This document shows, piece by piece, positions 10,413 through 20,709 of a stretch of DNA of 64,000 nucleotides; position 1 is the first letter of the stretch, and the number at the start of each line of letters is the position of its first letter. The DNA lies in IMG/VR virus record IMGVR_UViG_3300032116_000116, positions 1-64,000 of that record. One strand, given 5' to 3'. A program made the position numbers and the translations under genes. The notes under the pieces are model-generated. The model was not told the DNA's origin, searched no databases, and saw only the letters and a list, made by a program, of their open reading frames with translations. Origin of the DNA: an uncultured virus (IMG/VR IMGVR_UViG_3300032116_000116). Its lineage: Duplodnaviria; Heunggongvirae; Uroviricota; Caudoviricetes.

Positions 10413-10742
10413 TTACCTGTGTTTTATGAGTAACTCACCCAACACTTCTATTTTACCAACTAATTTTTGAAATTCAACTTGACCCAAACTCGGATCATCT
10501 GTTTTACATAATTTATCCAATAGTTCTTTATATTCTTTTTTGGATTTTTCAACATCAAATTTACCTTCAGATGCTTTCTTATAATAAGGTAATTTAACCA
10601 CAAAATGATGATAAGTTAACATAGAAGAACCACCCTTTTCTTTTGCGGTATTCGCAATCTTTGTAGCACCTTTTAATCTTTTGCCAGAAAATTCCTCAAA
10701 CTGTTCTTCTTTGGATTCTTCTAATATCTCTAAAAATTTCAT
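10413..10742 (-). CDS. Hypothetical protein with MKFLEILEE leader
   Basis: 109-aa ORF. Confidence 0.65.
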   Translation of the reverse strand: MKFLEILEESKEEQFEEFSGKRLKGATKIANTAKEKGGSSMLTYHHFVVKLPYYKKASEGKFDVEKSKKEYKELLDKLCKTDDPSLGQVEFQKLVGKIEVLGELLIKHR

Positions 10743-10743
10743 A

Positions 10744-11079
10744 TTATTCTCTCCACATTGGATTTGCGATTATTAATTTATCACCTTCAACACGAGGAAT
10801 CTCACCCATATCTTGATTATCGGCAAATTCTATTTGATCGGGATAAAATTTTTGACCATTAAAAACGGTATAATAAGTGTCTTCGTTGTCGTTAGAATTG
10901 TCTTTACCCATATGACTATAACCTTGTGATCTTAATGCATCTTTAGCCGCATCCTGAGCTGTAGGTTTATTAAAAAATCTACCAAAACGACCGAAAAACC
11001 CTTCACCTTCATTAATCAAATTATATTTTTTTCTTATTTCATTTTTTTCGGATTCTGTAATTGTAAAACGTTTTCCCAT
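10744..11079 (-). CDS. Hypothetical protein with RFTITESE leader
   Basis: Leader nearly identical to that of 18593-19117. Confidence 0.7.
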   Translation of the reverse strand: MGKRFTITESEKNEIRKKYNLINEGEGFFGRFGRFFNKPTAQDAAKDALRSQGYSHMGKDNSNDNEDTYYTVFNGQKFYPDQIEFADNQDMGEIPRVEGDKLIIANPMWRE

Positions 11080-11120
11080 TATATTTCTTTTTATATAAAT
11101 ATCTCTATTATATTTTTAAC

Positions 11121-11861
11121 TTACATCAAAGATTTTGCATGTCCTAAATCAATAACACCAAATTTTTGTGCTTGTTTTAAATAACCACCATTCACAAAAT
11201 TATTTGGTGAATTTTTTATCATTCTCTTCCAACCATTATATTGAGTAGTGTAGTCCCATATTTTTTTTGTGTCACCCCATCCCTTTTTATATAACCAACC
11301 ACCAACATTACCACCAGTTCTATCAGCACCATGATGACAATGAATTAATGTATTTCCTTTATCCAACAATTCATTTACTTTATCTTGATCTTTTGTGGAT
11401 GATAATTTATAAAATTTACACCCATTTTCTTCACAAACTCTTTTTTCTTCTTTTATGGATAATCCAGAACTATCTCCACCATCACCATTAAATCTTACTA
11501 CATTTTTTATTCCATATTTTAATATAACACCTTTTAGTGCATCTGCCGTAGGTTCTGCGGAACGATAATTGTTATCACCTAAAGGTATTTTATGGAAATT
11601 TTTTATACTTTTATCGTTTATATCTTCCGAATCTGTCGAGAACGTAGGTCCAACGTATTCTTTACCATAAACCTCTTCATAGGCCTTTCTGGTCATTGGT
11701 CCCATAATACCATCAACACCATCTTTTTTAGGTCCATATTTACCGATATCTTTTTTATGGACATAAACTAATTCTTTTTGTATATCTTCTATACTTTTAT
11801 CTTCAACATCGTCAGTTTCTAAAATTAATTTTAGTTGGCGTTCTGTAATTAAAATCTTCAT
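11121..11861 (-). CDS. Cys-based protein tyrosine/dual-specificity phosphatase with PG-binding-like segment
   Basis: HCHHGADRTG (CX5R) P-loop; DGIMGPMTRKA resembles PG_binding_1. Confidence 0.8.
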   Translation of the reverse strand: MKILITERQLKLILETDDVEDKSIEDIQKELVYVHKKDIGKYGPKKDGVDGIMGPMTRKAYEEVYGKEYVGPTFSTDSEDINDKSIKNFHKIPLGDNNYRSAEPTADALKGVILKYGIKNVVRFNGDGGDSSGLSIKEEKRVCEENGCKFYKLSSTKDQDKVNELLDKGNTLIHCHHGADRTGGNVGGWLYKKGWGDTKKIWDYTTQYNGWKRMIKNSPNNFVNGGYLKQAQKFGVIDLGHAKSLM

Positions 11862-11878
11862 AATATATATAAATATTA

Positions 11879-12400
11879 TTATAAATCTAAACCACCTTTA
11901 TCTAATTTTTCAAAATTTTCTAAATCCCCAAAGTTTGGGTCTGATTTTATTTTTTCTTGTTTTGATAGTTTCATTTGATCCAATCTATGTGCATTCATAT
12001 GGTTTTTAACAATGTAATAAATAATTTCTGGATCTCCACCTTTTTCAACAATCCAATCAGAATATTTTTTTACTAATTCAGCAGACACATCTTCATGACC
12101 ATATGCAGTTGGAAAACCGGTTTTAGGGTTTATAGAATGAGTTTCATCCTTACCAATGTCATGAAACAATGCGGCTAAAATTATGTTCATGTTATTTGGG
12201 TAATTCTTAATTGCTCTTTTAACTACCATTATAACATGTTTTAACGTATTGCCTTCGGGATGATAATCAGGTCTTTGTGGTACTTTCCACAGACCAAAAA
12301 AACGATTTTTTATGTCGTCAGGTAACGAATAAATCAATTTTTTTGCATCAACATCACTTTTTATTTCTTCAAACTGTGATTCTGTTATTATAATTTTCAT
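11879..12400 (-). CDS. HD-domain phosphohydrolase, similar to the HD domain of multifunctional CCA proteins
   Basis: QxxxYHPEG...H...AALFHDIGK...GHE...HM. Confidence 0.8.
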   Translation of the reverse strand: MKIIITESQFEEIKSDVDAKKLIYSLPDDIKNRFFGLWKVPQRPDYHPEGNTLKHVIMVVKRAIKNYPNNMNIILAALFHDIGKDETHSINPKTGFPTAYGHEDVSAELVKKYSDWIVEKGGDPEIIYYIVKNHMNAHRLDQMKLSKQEKIKSDPNFGDLENFEKLDKGGLDL

Positions 12401-12408
12401 ACCAATAA

Positions 12409-13587
12409 TTATATTATTTTTTTGAAATTATCTAATTCAATTTTATTTATCATATCACCCACTTCTTTACCCGGTTTTAAATTCATTTTTTTCATAACAT
12501 CATCTCCACTAACGGTTAAATTAAAATTAACAAAGGCATTTAATAACTTTTTATCAATACCCTCTAAATTACCAAAAGTCATTATTTGATCGTCAGATAA
12601 ATTTGTGTTTTTTTGTATTCTTTTTAATTGAATTACATTATCTAATGACATATTTTTTAAATTAATTAAGAAAGTAATGTCCTTTATCTCATCAACACTA
12701 TATTTTAGATTATTCAATTTTTTTCCGATTGTAGATAGATCATTGTTTTTTAATAATCTTGATATAACTAAAATCGGATCTTTAATTTCTATAAAATCTT
12801 TTGACACAGATAAACCTCTGAATATTGAATCAAATAAATTATACTTATCAATCAATTGTAAAAAATGTATTGTTGATTTAGATGATATAATTCCCTTTAT
12901 AAATTCATCTCTAATCCTTTCTCCCGATATACCATCTATACTTGAATTTCTCTGTAATGATTGATCAACATTATTATCTAAATCTGAACCGAACCTACCA
13001 GCAAATCTAATTGCTCTAAGTATTCTTAATCTATCTTCATTAAATCTATCGTCAGGGTTACCAACAGTTCTAACAATATCGTTTTTTAAATCCTCAACAC
13101 CGCCAACTAAATCAACAACTTCACCTGTGTCAATATCATAATAAAGAGCATTTATTGTGAAATCCCTTCTTTTCGCATCTGTTTCAATATCTGTAAATTC
13201 AACTTTATCTGGTCTTCTTTTATCTGACTCTGAATAAGATTCAGATCTAAATGTTGCTATTTCATATTCATCGTTATCTGTAAAAACATTTATAACACCG
13301 AACGCCTTTCCCGTCGGTAATGTTTTGTAACCTGAATTATTTAATATTGTTTCAACCTCATCGGGTGTTGCATCCGTGGTCAAATCATAATCTTTTGGTG
13401 TTTTACCCAATACCGCATCTCTAACCGCACCACCAACAACAAATAATTTATAGTTATTTTTTTTGAAAATATCTTTAATTTTAATAATGTCTTCAGGTAT
13501 TGATATATTGAATTTTATTCTTTCTTCAACCAATAAATCTGAATACATTATTTTATTTAATTGTGATTCAGTTATAACAATTTTCAT
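12409..13587 (-). CDS. cca: Class II tRNA nucleotidyltransferase (CCA-adding/poly(A) polymerase family)
   Basis: VGGAVRD..DYD, RRDFTINA, EDRLRILRAIRF, ERIRDE motifs. Confidence 0.9.
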   Translation of the reverse strand: MKIVITESQLNKIMYSDLLVEERIKFNISIPEDIIKIKDIFKKNNYKLFVVGGAVRDAVLGKTPKDYDLTTDATPDEVETILNNSGYKTLPTGKAFGVINVFTDNDEYEIATFRSESYSESDKRRPDKVEFTDIETDAKRRDFTINALYYDIDTGEVVDLVGGVEDLKNDIVRTVGNPDDRFNEDRLRILRAIRFAGRFGSDLDNNVDQSLQRNSSIDGISGERIRDEFIKGIISSKSTIHFLQLIDKYNLFDSIFRGLSVSKDFIEIKDPILVISRLLKNNDLSTIGKKLNNLKYSVDEIKDITFLINLKNMSLDNVIQLKRIQKNTNLSDDQIMTFGNLEGIDKKLLNAFVNFNLTVSGDDVMKKMNLKPGKEVGDMINKIELDNFKKII

Positions 13588-13646
13588 AATATATAAATAT
13601 AAGAAACATTAACCCAACTATAAAATATTTATATAAAAAGGGGTTT

Positions 13647-14015
13647 ATGGAAAATTTATTACCCTTGACATGGTATATTGAATCTCCAATAGATTTTGAA
13701 CATAAGGAATATGTTCTATATTCTTATCTACAAAAAGTCGACCACGATTTCCATAATAAAATGTTATCTCCACACCTTTTACATTTAGAAAAATTAATAG
13801 ATGAACTATTAAATTTTGATGCGTCTTTTAACATGATCAAAAAAGATTTTGACAAAAATAGATATGTCTTTTTTGAAAATGTGAAACTGGTGGGTGAAGA
13901 CGACAAACTTATTTATGAAATAAGAAATATCGTGGAATTTGCAATCCCACAAGTAGAACCACGAATTAAATTGGGTTATTCAATCTTAAAAAGGAACAAT
14001 CAAATATTATATTAA
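13647..14015 (+). CDS. Hypothetical protein
   Basis: 122-aa ORF; ATATTTAT at 13625-13632. Confidence 0.65.
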   Translation: MENLLPLTWYIESPIDFEHKEYVLYSYLQKVDHDFHNKMLSPHLLHLEKLIDELLNFDASFNMIKKDFDKNRYVFFENVKLVGEDDKLIYEIRNIVEFAIPQVEPRIKLGYSILKRNNQILY

Positions 14016-14110
14016 AATAACCCTCTATTCCACTGTTTAGGTGGTATCATTTTACCCATCTCACCATACTGAAATAATAAACGATTAAAGAATTTAATAA
14101 TAGTTTTCAT
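14012..14110 (-). CDS. Possible 32-aa peptide
   Basis: Own translation MKTIIKFFNRLLFQYGEMGKMIPPKQWNRGLF. Confidence 0.35.
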   Translation of the reverse strand: MKTIIKFFNRLLFQYGEMGKMIPPKQWNRGLF

Positions 14111-14185
14111 ACCAATAAATAGAAAACTATTATTTGAAAAGTATGACAACTTTTGCTCTAAAATATGATGGCCAAACTTATTTTT

Positions 14186-14290
14186 TTATAAAGATTTTAA
14201 TACTTTATTATTTTCTTTTATTCTTTTAGATGTCTTTAAAGTAGATTTTCTACTTTTCATCGGTTTTTGTTTTTTCTTTGCTCTTGCCAT
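14186..14290 (-). CDS. Small highly basic protein (34 aa)
   Basis: Own translation MARAKKKQKPMKSRKSTLKTSKRIKENNKVLKSL; starts 8 nt after the upstream stop. Confidence 0.5.
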   Translation of the reverse strand: MARAKKKQKPMKSRKSTLKTSKRIKENNKVLKSL

Positions 14291-14298
14291 GATTTTAT

Positions 14299-15069
14299 CT
14301 ATTTATTTAAATCAAAATCTTTTATAAATGAATCGTGTGATTTTTCATATGATTTTAACGTTTCATCTTTCTCATTACTTGTATATTGCCAATTCCAATA
14401 TAATTTATCATTTATTTTAAAACCGTAAAATTCATGAATTTTACGTTGTAAATCAATTACATTTGTTCCATTAAAATTTTGTCCTACACATATCATTCCA
14501 CCCTCAATATTTTTTAACAAATTTGATTCACCTAAACTAGCGTGTCTATTTTCCAACCATGTTAATCTTTCAATTAAATTTTGATAAAACATATTTGCGG
14601 AACCCCATCTAACCGAACTTAAAAATATAACACAATCAGATTCAAATAATTCTTTACTTATTTTCCAAAGTTCATCTGATTTATTATTTATAGACGCCCA
14701 ACATCTATGATGTCCCGATGGGTTTTTTTCATCATCTTTTAGAACAGATTTTTTAACACCACATGAATTACCATCAGATCTGGACACATTACCTTCACAT
14801 GGAAATATTTTTAATTCAGAAACATCTATAAGTTTTACATTATCCAATTCATCGGCCAAATATTCTGCAAGTATCTTTGATTTAGGTATGTCAATGTTAC
14901 TTTTATCCCAATTGAATCTGTTCGAACAACTCAATAATAAAACCTTTTTCTTAGTTTTTAACACCTCCACCGTATCTTTTAGTTTATCTAATCCGTTTTT
15001 TCTGACGTTTTCTTCAGATAACATCATTTTACGAATTCGATTAATTTCCTCTTTTAAAATTTTTTCCAT
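14299..15069 (-). CDS. Flavodoxin-fold protein (NADPH-dependent FMN reductase/iron-sulfur flavoprotein-like)
   Basis: LLLSCSNR...CEGNVS...C...C...ESDCVIFLSSVRWG...LIERL. Confidence 0.7.
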   Translation of the reverse strand: MEKILKEEINRIRKMMLSEENVRKNGLDKLKDTVEVLKTKKKVLLLSCSNRFNWDKSNIDIPKSKILAEYLADELDNVKLIDVSELKIFPCEGNVSRSDGNSCGVKKSVLKDDEKNPSGHHRCWASINNKSDELWKISKELFESDCVIFLSSVRWGSANMFYQNLIERLTWLENRHASLGESNLLKNIEGGMICVGQNFNGTNVIDLQRKIHEFYGFKINDKLYWNWQYTSNEKDETLKSYEKSHDSFIKDFDLNK

Positions 15070-15090
15070 ATAAATAAATATATCAAAATA

Positions 15091-15495
15091 ATGATACTTA
15101 TTGTTATGGTGTCTCTACTGTTGTTAGTTAAAAATAAAAAATTTTTATTGCTTAAAAGAAGTCCATCCGAGTACAAATATTCGGGATTTTGGGGATTACC
15201 TGGTGGTTCTGTCGAAAAAAATGAAACCCCGACGGATGCTTTAATTAGAGAAATTGGAGAAGAACTTGGTATCAGTATCCCTAATTTTATATTATTGAAT
15301 AAATACGATATGGGTAATAATTTAATAAATGTTTATGTTTATAATTCACCCGAATTTGATGAAAATAAAATTATATTAAATGATGAACACACCGAATTTA
15401 AATTCTTCTCTTATTATGAAATTAATAATATGAAAGATATCATTCCAACAACAATCAATTTTGTAATTGATTATTTATCTAATCCAAACCTTTAA
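15091..15495 (+). CDS. NUDIX hydrolase
   Basis: Nudix box GGSVEKNETPTDALIREIGEELG; true start may be 15106. Confidence 0.9.
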   Translation: MILIVMVSLLLLVKNKKFLLLKRSPSEYKYSGFWGLPGGSVEKNETPTDALIREIGEELGISIPNFILLNKYDMGNNLINVYVYNSPEFDENKIILNDEHTEFKFFSYYEINNMKDIIPTTINFVIDYLSNPNL

Positions 15496-15889
15496 CTTCT
15501 TTATCGTACTTTTTAAATCTATTGGGATTTGACATCATTGCACTTTTTGGAAATAAACGTTTTTTACGTGTAAATGCAAAACTTCTACTACGTTCATCGA
15601 TTTCTTCTTCAGAATCCATCATCATTTCGTCCACCGCATTTGTAAATTTATAACACCTATCAGAAATTTTATTTTTATCGTGATCAAACATTGTAACAAT
15701 CACTTCATTGTATTTTACAATCATATCAGGGTGATGATTTTGTTCTTCCGCAATTTCACCTACTTTATTCACGAAATCTAACACATCTTTATAAGAATCA
15801 AATTCAAATTTTTTACATAATTTACCTTTCACGACTTTCCAATCGGATTTAAGTTTATTCATTTGAGATTCTGTGATTATTATATTCAT
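15479..15889 (-). CDS. Pterin-4-alpha-carbinolamine dehydratase-like protein
   Basis: F.F..Y.....FVN.V...AE..NHHPD motif. Confidence 0.85.
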   Translation of the reverse strand: MNIIITESQMNKLKSDWKVVKGKLCKKFEFDSYKDVLDFVNKVGEIAEEQNHHPDMIVKYNEVIVTMFDHDKNKISDRCYKFTNAVDEMMMDSEEEIDERSRSFAFTRKKRLFPKSAMMSNPNRFKKYDKEVKGLD

Positions 15890-15919
15890 TCTTTGTTTTT
15901 TTCTATTTGATTTCTCCCC

Positions 15920-16417
15920 CTACGCTTGTATATCACTGTAACTAGATTTACTCGTTATAGTTATAAATGATTTTAATCCATCAACAATATTTCCCCAAGT
16001 TAACCCCCATTCACTATCTAATTCTTTAAATAAATCTTGTTTTTTTTGTTTACTGAATAATCTATCAACCGCACAAAATTCATTTTTGTTTTTTATTTGT
16101 TTTAGTACATTGACGGTATTTGTTGGTTTTGATAAACCTTGTATTTGATTATACAGATTATTAAATAATTGAATATTTCTATTATTATTTAAGTTAAGTT
16201 GATTGTCACCCATTCTTCTACATTCGGTAAACAAATTAAGAACATCTTTTTTATATTCAATATCACCTGTTGTACCATCATCAGAGCCAGGTACATTTAA
16301 TCCGGTATTTGATGGGTCAGCTAAAACATCAGCAAGACCAAGTACAGGTTGTTCTTTTATTGTTAATGATTTAATCACTTTTTTTAATTGTGATTCTGTT
16401 ATTATTATTTTTTTCAT
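15920..16417 (-). CDS. Hypothetical protein with MKKIIITESQ leader
   Basis: 165-aa ORF. Confidence 0.7.
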   Translation of the reverse strand: MKKIIITESQLKKVIKSLTIKEQPVLGLADVLADPSNTGLNVPGSDDGTTGDIEYKKDVLNLFTECRRMGDNQLNLNNNRNIQLFNNLYNQIQGLSKPTNTVNVLKQIKNKNEFCAVDRLFSKQKKQDLFKELDSEWGLTWGNIVDGLKSFITITSKSSYSDIQA

Positions 16418-16420
16418 ATA

Positions 16421-17068
16421 TTATCTCTTATAATAAGTGTCGTATACATCAGAAGTCAATCCGTAATCAATTAGGACTATTCTATTATTTCCAACTAACC
16501 CATATGATGATAATCTACACAAATCACCCCAAGGTAATTCGTAATTAACCATAAAATCCATCATATTATAAACAAATTCATTTTCCCATATGTCATTATA
16601 ATTCTCTGGTTTTGATACAGTGAAACCAAAATCAACTGAAATACTATTACGATATTTTATTATGTGACAATAATTTTCAAATGTAACACCCACAATATTT
16701 TTGAAAATTGACGGAGTCACTTTTTTGGCTAATTCCATTTCAACCCATAGGTTGTTTTCATCGTGATCAAATATTTTTGCAACAACATCATTCACATAAG
16801 AATCATTACCAAAATCAATCTCAGTTTCATTTTGGGCAATACCCTTCTTGTTTTTGGCGAGCTTTAAGACCTTATTGTCATCGATTTTATACACTATTCT
16901 ACTACTACCCGAAGATAGTCTTTGGAGATGTTGATTACAATAATTAACTCTGGCAGAAAACGATGTTAATTTTTTAAATTCCTCAATACTCCAACTAGTT
17001 GGATAATCCTCATCCAAGTCTTTTTGTATTAGATTATTATATTGTGATTCAGTTATGATTATTTTCAT
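16421..17068 (-). CDS. Protein-kinase-like fold protein
   Basis: GSSRIVY, VLKLA, E, GDL, IDYG motifs. Confidence 0.7.
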   Translation of the reverse strand: MKIIITESQYNNLIQKDLDEDYPTSWSIEEFKKLTSFSARVNYCNQHLQRLSSGSSRIVYKIDDNKVLKLAKNKKGIAQNETEIDFGNDSYVNDVVAKIFDHDENNLWVEMELAKKVTPSIFKNIVGVTFENYCHIIKYRNSISVDFGFTVSKPENYNDIWENEFVYNMMDFMVNYELPWGDLCRLSSYGLVGNNRIVLIDYGLTSDVYDTYYKR

Positions 17069-17078
17069 ATTAAATTAA

Positions 17079-17666
17079 TTAAAAGTCCATACCACCCCAT
17101 TCTTTAGCTCTTACATCATAATCATCTCTATCATCATAATCATCTGGTCCATCATAATCATCGTAATCTCTTTCAATTACACCTGATCCACCACAAGAAC
17201 TACATCTTGATCCATCATACTGTCCTTCGCCAGTTCCATTACAATTAGAACACATATCATCACCATCTTCCTCATCATTATCGTCTTCGTCCTCATTTTT
17301 TTCATCATATAATTCAGGATTCGGAGCGAGCTCAACTTCACTTTCCATATATTCTTTCGGATATAAATCTATTCCTTCTGATTTCCAATCAATTAAATAA
17401 TATGTATCATTTGGATCATCATTTCCCAAATATTTAACCGTCAGATCGTATGAAGGTTGATCTTTTGCCGCCTCCAAATTTGGGAAAATATTCAAAATCT
17501 TACCATAGTAACTTGGATCTTCCGATAACGATACGGGATTCATTACAATGTCTCCAACTTTAAAATTTTTATCACCAGATACATTATCTTCCTGAGATTC
17601 ATTTTCATTTAATCCCATCATTTTTTTTATACGGGAAACTTGTTCGTTTAAGTTTTGTTTTTTCAT
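17079..17666 (-). CDS. Acidic protein with DnaJ-type zinc-finger repeats
   Basis: CSNCNGTG and CSSCGGSG. Confidence 0.7.
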   Translation of the reverse strand: MKKQNLNEQVSRIKKMMGLNENESQEDNVSGDKNFKVGDIVMNPVSLSEDPSYYGKILNIFPNLEAAKDQPSYDLTVKYLGNDDPNDTYYLIDWKSEGIDLYPKEYMESEVELAPNPELYDEKNEDEDDNDEEDGDDMCSNCNGTGEGQYDGSRCSSCGGSGVIERDYDDYDGPDDYDDRDDYDVRAKEWGGMDF

Positions 17667-17690
17667 CTTATTTGTTTTTAATAAATATTG

Positions 17691-18575
17691 TTAAGGAATC
17701 ATTATTATTGAGTAATCCCTCGTCCCTCCGTCAAATGTACCATCTTTGATTGATTTAGCACCAGGAAAATCATTTAATATTTTATCTCTTGATGGGAAGA
17801 CACCTTTAGTTTTATCGTCTCTAACATTTAGTGCCAATCTTAAATAATTGATTTGTGTTTTACCTGGGCCTATTTTTAAAGAATAGTTATTTGTTTTAGT
17901 ATCCAAAACAACTTGAACATTATTTAAATCAATTGAACTGCCTTTTGATTTTATTTGAATGTCTTTAATAAATTGACTTAAATCCGTACTTGTTATATTA
18001 ACACCACTATTTTGTTGTTGGTTTCCTTGTTGTGTTTGACCGCCACAATCACTTTGATAATCTCTGTGTTTCCATTGTATCCAATATTCTTCCAATCCTT
18101 CGGGTGTTTTTGTTAATTGACTAACATCCAATTCGTTATTTAATACTACATTTTCTTTTTTTCCTGATGGAATATAATTTAATATTTCACTTTTTCTTGC
18201 ATTTAATTCAGGTGTATGATTCCAACCCCCAACATGGGCAAATCCCGTTCTTGCCTCACATTTATCAGAAACACCAACAAATGGAATAACAACAGTATAG
18301 ACAACATTTCCACTACCCATTCCTTTTGTTGTCATTTGTATACCTTTAAAGTCAACTTTGACATATGTTCCTGATCTATATAATTCTTTTAATTTTGCTG
18401 CAACGTATTGTGTGATCGTGTTAGAATACTTATGTGCAACATCACCCGTATTATCAAACTCAGGTCCAACGTATTTTCCCGAACAACCACCCGCACTACA
18501 TACAGGTGTTTCTGCTTGTTCAATCAATAGACCCATCATCTGTTTTATTCTATATGTTTGTTCTTGTAGGTTCAT
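17691..18575 (-). CDS. Hypothetical protein with MNLQE leader
   Basis: 294-aa ORF. Confidence 0.7.
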   Translation of the reverse strand: MNLQEQTYRIKQMMGLLIEQAETPVCSAGGCSGKYVGPEFDNTGDVAHKYSNTITQYVAAKLKELYRSGTYVKVDFKGIQMTTKGMGSGNVVYTVVIPFVGVSDKCEARTGFAHVGGWNHTPELNARKSEILNYIPSGKKENVVLNNELDVSQLTKTPEGLEEYWIQWKHRDYQSDCGGQTQQGNQQQNSGVNITSTDLSQFIKDIQIKSKGSSIDLNNVQVVLDTKTNNYSLKIGPGKTQINYLRLALNVRDDKTKGVFPSRDKILNDFPGAKSIKDGTFDGGTRDYSIIMIP

Positions 18576-18592
18576 TTTTAACTATATGAAAA

Positions 18593-19117
18593 TTACATTT
18601 CAAGATCTTTCATATTCATTTTTTTATCAAATGATGTTTGATTTGTTGGGTTACTATCAATTGCAAATAATTCTTCAAAAAATCTTTTTCCTGGTTTAGC
18701 GATATTACCTAAATCTATAACACCGAGAGATGATTTAAAATTTTTTAAATTTGGTATCTCATCTTTTCTAGTTGAAAAAATATTTTTTATTAATGGATGA
18801 TCCACTCTATATGATGCAAAATATGCATTATTGATTGATTTCAATAATTCTAATGGTTCATGTTGTGGACTGAAAGTTATTGTGTAATCTATATTACCAT
18901 TGTTTTTAACAATGTTAATTGTATACATTGCTCCGTTATATGTTACTTGTAACTTATCTGGTGATACACTAACTTTTCCACCCCATTCTTTAATCGATTC
19001 TAAAAATGAATCCCAGTATCTCGGAGCATTTGTGGTGGATTCCTCTTCTTTAACTAAATTGTACTGTTTTCTGATTTCATTTCTTTCAGATTCAGTAATT
19101 GTAAAACGTTGTCCCAT
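18593..19117 (-). CDS. Hypothetical protein with RFTITESE leader
   Basis: 174-aa ORF; ATATTTAT upstream. Confidence 0.7.
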   Translation of the reverse strand: MGQRFTITESERNEIRKQYNLVKEEESTTNAPRYWDSFLESIKEWGGKVSVSPDKLQVTYNGAMYTINIVKNNGNIDYTITFSPQHEPLELLKSINNAYFASYRVDHPLIKNIFSTRKDEIPNLKNFKSSLGVIDLGNIAKPGKRFFEELFAIDSNPTNQTSFDKKMNMKDLEM

Positions 19118-19158
19118 AATATTTTGTTTTTAATATAAATATCTTAAAAAAATGAAAT

Positions 19159-19186
19159 AAAAAAAACCTCCCGGTTCCGGAGGTTT
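19159..19186 (-). terminator. Intrinsic terminator; related copies near 20245 and 22085
   Basis: AAACCTCC-CGGTTCC-GGAGGTTT hairpin with A-tract on + strand (T-tract on - strand). Confidence 0.65.
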
Positions 19187-19218
19187 AAAAAATAAAATCG
19201 ATTAATAATATTAATTTT

Positions 19219-19491
19219 TTAAGAATTTTCAACTTCGATCTCGGTATCTGTTCCCAAATCTTTTTCTCTGGTGATATCCATTTCCATAAGTTCATCATAC
19301 AAACTATCTGCCCAACTTTCGGATCCGGGTAATGGTTTCATATCTGAAATGTTTTCCTTAATATATTCAGATATTTCTTCATCATCCTTACCCGATAATT
19401 CAGGATAATTGTCGGTATCAATTTCTACAGAGTCACGAACAACCATTGTTCGTTGATATTCGATTAGTCTTACATTAATTTTCTTTCCCAT
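19219..19491 (-). CDS. Small acidic hypothetical protein
   Basis: 90-aa ORF followed by a terminator. Confidence 0.65.
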   Translation of the reverse strand: MGKKINVRLIEYQRTMVVRDSVEIDTDNYPELSGKDDEEISEYIKENISDMKPLPGSESWADSLYDELMEMDITREKDLGTDTEIEVENS

Positions 19492-19539
19492 AAAATGTTT
19501 TTTGTAAAATATACAAAAAATAATTTAAATAATAAAATT

Positions 19540-20226
19540 TTACAGTTTTGGTATGTTTTGTGGTTTTTTAACAAACGTTGATGATGAGGTATTTTGTGGT
19601 TTATCTAAAACATCATTTTTAACAAGTACTTTATTTTGTTTATTTAACGCTTCTTTATTAACATCGTCGTTAATTAAATTCAATAAAGATTTTAAGTGAT
19701 CTCCCTTTGTTAAAAAGGTCATAAATTTATTAAAGTTTTCACGATCATCTTTATTGACAAAATTATCACTGGCCCATTTTAAAAACCCCGATTTTCCTTG
19801 TGAAGTTAAAACGGTAATACCTGATTTATGTATTTTACTTAAAACATTTGCAATATTGGGTTTGATACCCAAAAAATTCATTGCTCTTACCGTTCTTCCT
19901 AATGAAAGTGGACTTGTTAGTAAACCAATTATTCCTTCAGTGTATTTTCCTCTTTTTAAATCTCTATATGCCATCATTGATCCATAACCTGCCGCCAGAA
20001 AACTACCGGCCAAAGGAATTTTCCAAAGTCCAAATTGTACAATTGTATCGATAATTAATGGAAATTCATCTCTTATATCGGCCAAGGCGCCTATGGGATC
20101 ATGTGATCTACCGCCAAACATTGCCGGACCACCTAACATTATATTTTGTTCACCAATAATTGATTTAACATTACCTCTTTCGGACTCCAAAAGATAATAA
20201 AATCTATTTTTATATTGATCGTTCAT
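19540..20226 (-). CDS. Hypothetical protein with hydrophobic glycine-rich helices
   Basis: 228-aa ORF; ATATTTAT upstream. Confidence 0.65.
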   Translation of the reverse strand: MNDQYKNRFYYLLESERGNVKSIIGEQNIMLGGPAMFGGRSHDPIGALADIRDEFPLIIDTIVQFGLWKIPLAGSFLAAGYGSMMAYRDLKRGKYTEGIIGLLTSPLSLGRTVRAMNFLGIKPNIANVLSKIHKSGITVLTSQGKSGFLKWASDNFVNKDDRENFNKFMTFLTKGDHLKSLLNLINDDVNKEALNKQNKVLVKNDVLDKPQNTSSSTFVKKPQNIPKL

Positions 20227-20292
20227 ATCATTATAAATATAACAAAAAAACCTCCCGGCGGGAGGTTTTAAAATTTAAATCGATTAAATGTG

Positions 20293-20625
20293 TTATCTAA
20301 TAAAGAAAGATAATACAGATAATCCACCGATTAATAATGGAAACCATGTTTTCTTTCCACCCATAAGTGATAGGTGTAAAGCCACCGCACCACTCATTAC
20401 AGATACGATGATTAACAAACCGTAAAGGGATGTTGCGGGGAAAATAAATAACAATACTCCGAGTAATTCTAAGATACCGATAGGTACTCTGTAGTTTTGG
20501 AGTTTCATGAATTGAAAATTCTGAACCGATTCATTTGATTTAATAATTTTGTCTGTACCACTTTTAGATAGGGTCCAAACTGCGGGGATACTAAGAATCC
20601 AACCGATAATTGATAATACTGTCAT
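20293..20625 (-). CDS. DoxX-like membrane protein
   Basis: Four hydrophobic segments; SG..K...IGILELLG...SGAVALH. Confidence 0.7.
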   Translation of the reverse strand: MTVLSIIGWILSIPAVWTLSKSGTDKIIKSNESVQNFQFMKLQNYRVPIGILELLGVLLFIFPATSLYGLLIIVSVMSGAVALHLSLMGGKKTWFPLLIGGLSVLSFFIR

Positions 20626-20709
20626 AATATATTTGTTTTATAAAGTACAATATAAACAAAATAATTGAAATAAAAAAAACCCCTCACATTGGAGGGGTTA
20701 ATATTTTTT

